DNA of 64,000 nucleotides from Deltaproteobacteria bacterium (GTDB taxonomy: Bacteria > Bdellovibrionota_C > UBA2361 > OMII01), in contig CANLJX010000001.1 in the NCBI GenBank assembly GCA_947491545.1, positions 8,006 to 72,005 on the forward strand, given 5' to 3'. Below are positions 57,123-64,000 of this stretch, piece by piece. Each line of letters begins with the position of its first letter. Position 1 is the first letter of the stretch. Under the pieces are notes generated by a model. The model did no database searches. It was not told the DNA's origin and saw nothing but the letters and a program-made list of their open reading frames with translations. A program made the position numbers and the translations under genes.

Positions 57123-59119
57123 GTCGGGTAACCCGCCGGTCGTTTCTGCAAGGCACCGCTGCCAGCGTCGCTGGGGCGATGGTGCCAGGGGTGTTCTCTC
57201 CCGGAAAAGCGCCGTGGCTCAAGAGCTCGGCTAACGGACGGAAGACGATGGTGCTCGGTATCGACGGCATGGACCCGGTGCTGCTCAAGCGCTTCGTTGA
57301 TGAAGGCGCTATGCCGACCTTCAAGGCCTTTATGGAGAGGAACGCATCGGGAATGCTCTCGACCACGATGCCCCCGCAGAGCCCGGTTGCTTGGTCGAGT
57401 TTCATCACAGGCACGAATCCCGGTGGGCACGGCATCTTCGACTTCGTTCACCGCGATCCGAAGCTCCTTCACCCGTACCTCTCGACGTCGCGTTCATTCG
57501 GTTCGGATTCCGGGATCGCTCTCGGAAGTTGGAACCTTCCGCTTGAGAGCGGCCGGGTTGAGCTGATGCGCAAGGGGCGCCCGTTCTGGTCGATCCTTGA
57601 GGAGAAGGGGATCCCTTCGACTATCTTCGCTCTTCCCGCAAACTTCCCAGTGGTGGAGGACGGCGGGGTTCAAGCCCTTTCGGGCATGGGGACGCCAGAC
57701 CTGCTCGGCACATACGGCACCTTCACCCTCTTCTCAGAGGTCGATGTGCCAGATGCCAAGAACTGGAACGGCGGACGGCTCGTTCGCGTGCGGCCAGTCA
57801 ACAACGTGTTTAACGGCGAGCTGGACGGGCCTGCGAACTCCTTCAGAAAGGGAAGCCCAGAGTCGAAGCTACCAGTCACGATCTCCCGAGATCCGTGGGA
57901 TCCGATCGTGAAGATCGATGTCAGTGGGAAGCAGATTGTCCTCAAGCAAGGTGAGTGGTCTGAGTGGGTGCCCCTCACGTTTGAGTTTGTGCCGCTCTTC
58001 GCGTCGGTTGGCGGCATGGTACGCTTCTTCGTCAAGCAGGTGCACCCGACGCTCAAGGTGTACGCCTCGCCGGTCAATATCGACCCGATGGATCCGACGC
58101 TCCCGATTGCCTCCCCATCGAGCTACGCCAACGAAGTTGCTCAGGCTGCTGGCCGGTTCTACACACAGGGCTTCCCAGCCGACCAGAAGGCGCTTGCAAT
58201 GGGTGCGCTCTCTGATGAGGAGTACTTCCAGCAGGCGAACATCGTCATCGACGAAAACTTCCGTATCCTCGACTACCAGCTTTCGCGCTTCAACGACGGG
58301 TTCTTCTTCTACTACTTCTCGTGCATCGACCAGAACTGCCACATGCTGTGGCGGCTGTGCGACCCCTCGCATCCGCTCTACAAGCCGGATGCGAGCCCGG
58401 AGCTCAAGAACTCTGTAAAGCTGCTCTACAAGCGCATGGACGATGCGCTTAAGATGGTGCTTGCGAAAGTGGACGCGAACACGACCTTCTTCATCCTCTC
58501 TGACCACGGCTTCGGTACCTTTGAAAGGGAGTTCCACCTGAGCCGCTGGCTAGTTCAGGAGGGCTTCACGGTTCTTAAGGACCCTAGCTCCAAGGAGCCG
58601 GGAGACCTTTTCGACCAGGTCGATTGGTCAAAATCTAAGGCCTACGCCCTTGGAATAAACGGCGTCTACCTCAACATGAAGGATCGCGAGCCGAACGGAA
58701 TCGTGACCCCAGATCAGGCGCAGTCGGTGAAGGACCAGATTATTGCGAGGCTCCCGACAGCTTTTGATCCTGTTCGAAAACAGCAGATCGTGCGCACAGC
58801 GTACGATTCTGGGAAGATCTACTCAGGACCCTTTATGGCGCTCGCGCCAGACGTGCTGGTTGGGTACAACCGGGGCTTCCGCATCTCGGATGAGGCGGTT
58901 CTCGGGAAGTTTCCGATGGAGGTGATCGGAGATCGCTCGAACCTCTGGTCGGCGGACCACTGCTTTGAGCCGGGGCTAGTACCGGGGGTTCTTCTCTCGA
59001 ACAAAACCGACTGGAAGCCTGGTTCGCACGGGATCTGGGACCTCGCACCGAGCATCCTGCAAAGCTTCGGTCTTGAGGTTCCGGGCGAGATGGACGGCAA
59101 GCCCATCCAGAAGGCCTAA
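57119..59119 (+). CDS. Tat-exported type I phosphodiesterase/nucleotide pyrophosphatase family protein (alkaline phosphatase superfamily)
   Basis: Tat signal MSRVTRRSFLQGTAASVAGAMV. NPP-like block GIDGMDPVLLKRF...TTMPPQSPVAWSSFITGTNPGGHGIFDF. Confidence 0.75.
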   Translation: MSRVTRRSFLQGTAASVAGAMVPGVFSPGKAPWLKSSANGRKTMVLGIDGMDPVLLKRFVDEGAMPTFKAFMERNASGMLSTTMPPQSPVAWSSFITGTNPGGHGIFDFVHRDPKLLHPYLSTSRSFGSDSGIALGSWNLPLESGRVELMRKGRPFWSILEEKGIPSTIFALPANFPVVEDGGVQALSGMGTPDLLGTYGTFTLFSEVDVPDAKNWNGGRLVRVRPVNNVFNGELDGPANSFRKGSPESKLPVTISRDPWDPIVKIDVSGKQIVLKQGEWSEWVPLTFEFVPLFASVGGMVRFFVKQVHPTLKVYASPVNIDPMDPTLPIASPSSYANEVAQAAGRFYTQGFPADQKALAMGALSDEEYFQQANIVIDENFRILDYQLSRFNDGFFFYYFSCIDQNCHMLWRLCDPSHPLYKPDASPELKNSVKLLYKRMDDALKMVLAKVDANTTFFILSDHGFGTFEREFHLSRWLVQEGFTVLKDPSSKEPGDLFDQVDWSKSKAYALGINGVYLNMKDREPNGIVTPDQAQSVKDQIIARLPTAFDPVRKQQIVRTAYDSGKIYSGPFMALAPDVLVGYNRGFRISDEAVLGKFPMEVIGDRSNLWSADHCFEPGLVPGVLLSNKTDWKPGSHGIWDLAPSILQSFGLEVPGEMDGKPIQKA

Positions 59120-59217
59120 CCCGGGCTGAGCACGAATCCTCAGGGAACTCGTTGTTTCCGGTAAGGGTGACAGGTTCGGGCGGTCTTCGGCTTCTTGTTT
59201 AGGGGGTAGGGCGGAAA

Positions 59218-61536
59218 GTGGCGGCAGCACAGGCAAGAACGAAGTCGGGGCGCCGGTTAGCTCGAAAGGCTGCGCTGGTGTTCTTCGTCTTGCTGGTGGT
59301 CGCTGCGGTCTTTCGAGGAAGGCTCATTTCAGCGCTTCAGCCGCTCATTGAGCGAGAGCTCTCCAGGGCGACCGGGTTCTCCGTATCGTTCGATTCAGCC
59401 AATCTCAAGATCGTTCCCTACCTGGGGGTTCGCTTCACAGGGGGGCGCGCCGTTTCAGCCGACGGCTGCAGCGCATGGAGCATCGGCAGCGTCTCGGCGC
59501 GGGTTCAGCTTCGGCCGCTGCTCGATAGGAACGTTGAGGTTCGCAAGCTTGAGGTCGATCAGCTGGTCGGCAGTTTCGGAGTCGAGGAAGGGAAGCTTAT
59601 CCTCGTGAATGACACCGGAGCACCGTGCAGAGCGCCGGCAGCCGCTGCTCAACCCACGCCGAGCAAGTCAGCGCATCCGCTTGAGGATGAGCTTGATCTC
59701 TCGCTTGAGCTCGATGTAGTTCAGGTAAGCGGAGCGCGGGTGACTGTGAACTACTACGGGGAGCAGCATTCGGTTCAGCTTGATGACCTGCAGGCGACAC
59801 TCACTGCTGCGGCAGGAAATCTCGACATAGCGAAGCTTTTCCTCGCCGGGCAATTGGATGGGATTCCGGTCTCTTTGGATGCAAGCGACGTTGCTCTTGG
59901 CGCCAGTGGAAAGTCTATCCGTATCCCAAGAGCGAGGCTCGCTTTCGGCGCACAGTCACTAGCTGTATCTGGGCAGTACGATGCAGTGGCAGGAACCGGA
60001 AACGCTCTCGCGCAAGCTGACCATGTCGCGCTAGAGGATCTGCACCTTGTTCTTGGCGAAGGAGCTCCAAGGATAACGGGTGAGGCGTCAGCGAAGGTAG
60101 AGGCGACCCTCTCTGGAAGCGAAGTAACAGTTGCTGGAGATGCTGTGTTCTCTGGTGTGCGTTCTGGGGAAGGGGGAGGAGCTTCTCTGGGGCACCTCTC
60201 CCTGACCGGGATTAAAGCTCTCCTGTCGAGGGGTGAGCTTACGAAGGCTTCCGCCTCCGTCGCTCTTAGCGAATTCCACTGTGCCAGCGAGGGGGACCGT
60301 TATTCATTGGGGGCGGCGAATGGGGGGATCCAGTTTTTGACCGGGGAACAACAAGCGATTGATGCCAGCCTTGAGGTTCGCGACTTTGGCTTTGCCGATA
60401 GCGACACGAGGATCGAGCGAGTTGGGGCAACGCTGCGGGATATCGTTGTAGTCATTACACCAAGAGGGGGCGCTGATGTAAGGCTCAAGCTTGATGCAAA
60501 GAGCATCCACCTCACTAATCCAAATATTGAGATCTTCTCCGTTGACTCGGTCCGCAGTCCGATACGGGTAGCTGTGCCTATTGCAGGCGGCTACGAGGTA
60601 TCGGGGCCGGTTACTGTCTCCGGTGGGCGGATGAAGATCCTTGGGCGAGAGTTCGATGAAACTGGCGGAACAATACAGATGTCGGTTGCATCCGCGATCA
60701 AGACCTTTGTGACTCAGAATCTTTCCACGCGGATTAACGGCGAAGCTGCTGTTGCCCTAGCAAACTTCGCAATGACCAGGTCGGCCTACACGGTGAAAGA
60801 CACAAAGGTGACGCTCGGGGGCGGTTCAATAGACGTTGACCTGACCTTAGGCCGACACAAGAAGGGACCGATGGCGGCAGCTATCTCGGTGAAGCAGGTT
60901 TCTGTCCCCCCGGTCTATAGGGCACTCATGCCGGGAGAGGAGTCTCCGATGCACGGGAAAGTGGCCTCGCTATTGCTGAATGCAAAGGCTGACAGCTCGA
61001 ATATTCAGCAAACTGCAACCGGTGATGGCTCGGTGCTTCTCTCGGGGGCCGTGTTCAAGACGATCGATCTCCAGAGGCTTGTGCAGGGAGCTATCGCCGC
61101 CATACCCGGCGTCGGGCGAGAGATCACGCCGGGGAAAGATCCCGAGCAGATAAGCGACGGGAGCATCGCGTCGCTGCTTAAGCTCGGAGGAGGAAAAGTT
61201 GACCTCTCTGACCTACAAGTGCAGTACAGCAACTTCACGGTCAAGGGAGCGATTCAAGCCGGCTTTGACGGAGCCCTAGGCGGTCGAGTGAGTGTCGTCT
61301 ACCTTGAGGACACATTCCGCATGCTCGGGTTCGGGATTAAGCCGCTCGGCGATTTCCTGGCGCGTGAGGGGCGAGTTGCGATACCGCTTGCGGTGTCGGG
61401 TACCCTCTCGGATCCGAGCGTTGCGCTAGACACTGACGCAGTCGAGCGCTTCGCTACTGGGCAGGACTTAGCCGATGGTGTCCGGTCAGCGTTCGGACGA
61501 GAACCTACGCCAGCGCCGACTCCGGCGAAGAGATAA
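59218..61536 (+). CDS. AsmA-family protein
   Basis: N-terminal anchor ALVFFVLLVVAAVF, then IERELSRATGFSVSFDSANLKIVPYLGVRFTG typical of AsmA. 772 aa of repetitive beta-rich sequence. GTG start with AGGGGG upstream. Confidence 0.75.
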   Translation: MAAAQARTKSGRRLARKAALVFFVLLVVAAVFRGRLISALQPLIERELSRATGFSVSFDSANLKIVPYLGVRFTGGRAVSADGCSAWSIGSVSARVQLRPLLDRNVEVRKLEVDQLVGSFGVEEGKLILVNDTGAPCRAPAAAAQPTPSKSAHPLEDELDLSLELDVVQVSGARVTVNYYGEQHSVQLDDLQATLTAAAGNLDIAKLFLAGQLDGIPVSLDASDVALGASGKSIRIPRARLAFGAQSLAVSGQYDAVAGTGNALAQADHVALEDLHLVLGEGAPRITGEASAKVEATLSGSEVTVAGDAVFSGVRSGEGGGASLGHLSLTGIKALLSRGELTKASASVALSEFHCASEGDRYSLGAANGGIQFLTGEQQAIDASLEVRDFGFADSDTRIERVGATLRDIVVVITPRGGADVRLKLDAKSIHLTNPNIEIFSVDSVRSPIRVAVPIAGGYEVSGPVTVSGGRMKILGREFDETGGTIQMSVASAIKTFVTQNLSTRINGEAAVALANFAMTRSAYTVKDTKVTLGGGSIDVDLTLGRHKKGPMAAAISVKQVSVPPVYRALMPGEESPMHGKVASLLLNAKADSSNIQQTATGDGSVLLSGAVFKTIDLQRLVQGAIAAIPGVGREITPGKDPEQISDGSIASLLKLGGGKVDLSDLQVQYSNFTVKGAIQAGFDGALGGRVSVVYLEDTFRMLGFGIKPLGDFLAREGRVAIPLAVSGTLSDPSVALDTDAVERFATGQDLADGVRSAFGREPTPAPTPAKR

Positions 61537-61682
61537 TCGTGGCTTACATCGGGAGCGGCGGTAGCAAGTCTTCTGCTGGTCCGGGCGGCCGCCCTCATTA
61601 TGCAAGCCAGAAAACCAAGGGAGAGAAAAGAGAAGGTTCCTACGGCGCAGCACAGTGTGTACGCCGTAGGAGACCCTTCACT

Positions 61683-62126
61683 TTACCCCCGTCTCACCAA
61701 GGCCAAAAAGGCATCCGCAGCGCCGCATTTTGGCGTCGCGACAACTTCACCTGTTTGGTGGCATTGGTTGATGATAATTCCGGAACCGACGTCGATCAGG
61801 ATGCGGCTCTCTTTGAACTGCTCATCCATCAATGACTTCGCTTCCTCCACCCGGATAGGGAAGAATCGCTTCTCCCCATCTCGATAGGTAACGTCGAGGC
61901 AAGCCAAGCTGCCTTCGATACGAGCCTGAATCGCTGCTGCGTCGCGCAAGCAGGCTCCTGAAAGCTCTTCGGCTTTTTTGAGGCTACTGTCGGGAACGTT
62001 CCCGACTACTACCTCTAGCCGAGTGCCTTGGAGCGCCTGCTCAAGGTGGTCCGCAACTCTCTGCGGCAAGGGGACCTTCTGCATGTAGGATTCCTTCCAT
62101 GCTAAAACCAAGAATGAGACAACCAC
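61683..62126 (-). CDS. hypothetical protein
   Basis: 147-aa ORF downstream of cysNC. No motif recognised. A possible hairpin (CCTACGGCG...CGCCGTAGG) lies just after its stop. Confidence 0.45.
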   Translation of the reverse strand: MVVSFLVLAWKESYMQKVPLPQRVADHLEQALQGTRLEVVVGNVPDSSLKKAEELSGACLRDAAAIQARIEGSLACLDVTYRDGEKRFFPIRVEEAKSLMDEQFKESRILIDVGSGIIINQCHQTGEVVATPKCGAADAFLALVRRG

Positions 62127-62406
62127 GGCGGCGTCTCGCCCTCATTCTCTTGTCGAGAGAACGCGAGCGAGACCCCGCCAACCTTTGATTTCCTTCTCTT
62201 TTCTCAGCAGAACAGACTACTCAAATTAAGCTAAAATCTCCAGGAACTGGCGGAAACGACTGAAAAGATGGGCTTTTTCTCTCGACAGGAGTTGCAATTT
62301 TTCGACATGAAAGGGCGGCTGGGGGCGCCGCACATCACGGACCCGCCTACTCGAAAGAGACTCTTCCCGGAGTTGTTTGGCTACCCCTCGGTATTCCCAT
62401 TTGTGG

Positions 62407-64000
62407 CTACAACGCCGACCGGCTCAACGCCAACGCGACGACCTCCTCAACACTGCGCTCAAGCGAAGCGGTCGAGGTGTCGATCCGTAGCGCCGGGTCT
62501 TCAGGGACTTCGTACGGGTCGCTTACGCCGGTAAAGTTCTTGATCTCGCCCTTGCGCGCCTTCGCGTAGAGGCCGTGTGGGTCGCGCTTCTCGCACACCT
62601 CAATCGGTGCGCTTACGTGTACCTCAAGGAAGCGCTCTTCACCGACTATCTGTCGGCAGCGTTTGCGCTCCTCTGCGTACGGCGAGATAAATGCGCAGAT
62701 GACGGTCACGCCAGCTTGGTTCATGAGCTTTGCAACCTCAGCTGCACGGCGAAGGTTCTCTGAACGATCCTCGCGCGTGAAGCCTAGGCCCTTGTTGAGC
62801 CCTGTGCGGAGGTTGTCGCCGTCCAGGAAGAAGACCGGGAGCTGGTCGTTAAACAGGGTGCGCTCGACTGCCTTAGCAAGAGTTGACTTCCCGGAACCAG
62901 AGAGGCCGGTCATCCAGATCGTAACAGCTTTCCGCCCGATCCTCGCTTCGCGTTCAGCGGTTGTAACGAGAGCAGCCTCGTGGTGGAGGTTGTGGTCTGT
63001 CTCTTCGCCCTGGTCAACTCCGGGGGCATCCGAGCGTCCGCGGTCGATTACCATTCCAGCACTCACAGTGAGGAAAGTTACCGGATCGATCAGAATGAAG
63101 TTCCCGGTAGCGCGGTTCTTCTGGTACGGGTCGAGGAACAGGGGGGTGGTTGTTGACATCGAAACGCGGCCTATCTCGTTCGGAACGAGCGGGGCAGCCT
63201 CTATACGACCGAGGGTGTGGATGTCGATCCGGTAGTCGATATTCGATATCAGCGCTTTCGCTTCGCGGGTTGAGTGGCGGATTATATAACGGGTGGCGGT
63301 GTCCATCGGGGTATCCCCGAGCCAGACCATCATCGCATCGAACTGCGTTGTTGCCCGAGGAACGTTCTTCGGACGCACAATCATGTCGCCGCGAGAGATA
63401 TCGAGCTGGTCTGAGAGCTGAATCACGATTGCGTCGCGGCTGGAAGCCTCTTGGCGCTTCTCGCCGCGCATCTCGCGGCCTGGTACGACGATGGCCTTGA
63501 CCGTTGAGCGCTTCATCGAGGGGAGTACTACTACCTCCTCACCGGCGCGAATCACTCCAGAGCTGACCGTTCCGGCGTAGCCGCGAAAGTCTTGAGTGGG
63601 ATTCAGGACGTACTGAACGGGGAAGCGGAAGTCGACAAGGTTTTGGTCGCCTGCGATGTAGACACTCTCTAGGTGCTCAAGGACGGTTTCGCCGCCGTAC
63701 CACGGCATCTTTCCGCTGCGCTCGACGACGTTGTCGCCTTCGAGGGCGGATACGGGAATAAACTTGATTTCGCGCACTCCGAGCTTGGCGGAGAACTCGG
63801 TAAAGTCTGCGACGATCTCATCGAAGCGATCCTGCGAGTAGTCGGCCAGGTCCATCTTGTTGACGGCGAGCACGATGCGGGGCACCCCGAGCAGGGCGGC
63901 GATAAAGGCATGACGCTTCGTCTGTTCAATTACTCCGGTTCGTGCGTCTACCAGGATGATAGTGAGGTCGACAGTCGAGGCGCCGGTTGCCATGTTGCGC
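62407..64000 (-). CDS. cysNC: bifunctional sulfate adenylyltransferase subunit 1 / adenylylsulfate kinase (CysN-CysC fusion), 5' end beyond window
   Basis: CysN core NMATGASTVDLTIILVDARTGVIEQTKRHAFIA...VNKMDL. C-terminal APS kinase P-loop TIWMTGLSGSGKSTLA and FLDGDNLRTGLN. The minus-strand frame is still open at nt 64000 and the G1/DxxG motifs are missing, so the N-terminus lies outside the window. Confidence 0.9.
   Translation of the reverse strand, partial: RNMATGASTVDLTIILVDARTGVIEQTKRHAFIAALLGVPRIVLAVNKMDLADYSQDRFDEIVADFTEFSAKLGVREIKFIPVSALEGDNVVERSGKMPWYGGETVLEHLESVYIAGDQNLVDFRFPVQYVLNPTQDFRGYAGTVSSGVIRAGEEVVVLPSMKRSTVKAIVVPGREMRGEKRQEASSRDAIVIQLSDQLDISRGDMIVRPKNVPRATTQFDAMMVWLGDTPMDTATRYIIRHSTREAKALISNIDYRIDIHTLGRIEAAPLVPNEIGRVSMSTTTPLFLDPYQKNRATGNFILIDPVTFLTVSAGMVIDRGRSDAPGVDQGEETDHNLHHEAALVTTAEREARIGRKAVTIWMTGLSGSGKSTLAKAVERTLFNDQLPVFFLDGDNLRTGLNKGLGFTREDRSENLRRAAEVAKLMNQAGVTVICAFISPYAEERKRCRQIVGEERFLEVHVSAPIEVCEKRDPHGLYAKARKGEIKNFTGVSDPYEVPEDPALRIDTSTASLERSVEEVVALALSRSAL

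Noticed and set aside
1-64000. CRISPR arrays, IS elements, integrases, tRNA or rRNA genes
   Set aside because: No regularly spaced direct repeats, no transposase or integrase motifs (DDE, tyrosine recombinase R-H-R-Y) in any ORF, and no GTTCGAATC-type T-loops with flanking acceptor stems found on visual scan. tRNAs cannot be fully excluded without tRNAscan.

Overview
This is a high-GC (roughly 60%), gene-dense stretch of chromosome from a diderm (Gram-negative type) bacterium. The GC content and the presence of Lpt, Lol, BamA and AsmA genes support that.

Most of the window encodes core functions:
- Translation and RNA modification: rsmG, rpsU, rpmG, tyrS, rlmD-like, dus, yciH.
- Envelope biogenesis: lolCDE-like genes next to bamA, lptFG, asmA.
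- Energy, cofactor and nucleotide metabolism: cmk, etfBA, a SufS/CsdA-type cysteine desulfurase, a cysNC fusion (5' end outside the window).
- Other conserved genes: cspA-like cold-shock protein, an erpA/iscA-family Fe-S carrier.

Interspersed are more accessory-looking elements:
1. A divergent pair of FliA-like alternative sigma factors. One heads an operon with a small disordered protein (possible anti-sigma factor) and a 452-aa unknown.
2. A protease-rich block: an MA-like Zn peptidase, a secreted S8 subtilisin, an M29 aminopeptidase, and an M12B-type metzincin directly downstream of a dedicated Omp85-family outer-membrane protein.
3. An AT-richer ~900-nt island carrying a tiny, highly lysine-rich 26-aa gene with textbook promoter, RBS and terminator.
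4. A translationally coupled BioF-like alpha-oxoamine synthase and KAS I/II-type ketosynthase pair.
5. A P1B-type ATPase homolog in which every catalytic motif is degenerate.
6. Two paralogous small unknown proteins flanking yacG and a DnaA-N-like ORF.
7. A ~950-nt ORF-free region with a strong minus-strand terminator hairpin, a candidate ncRNA locus.
8. A Ski2/HelY-like helicase split by a frameshift inside a G6 homopolymer.
9. An RHH / membrane protein / two alkaline-phosphatase-superfamily enzymes operon.

I found no rRNA, tRNA, CRISPR array, transposase or integrase. All functional calls rest on motif recognition from the translated ORFs. No database search was run.
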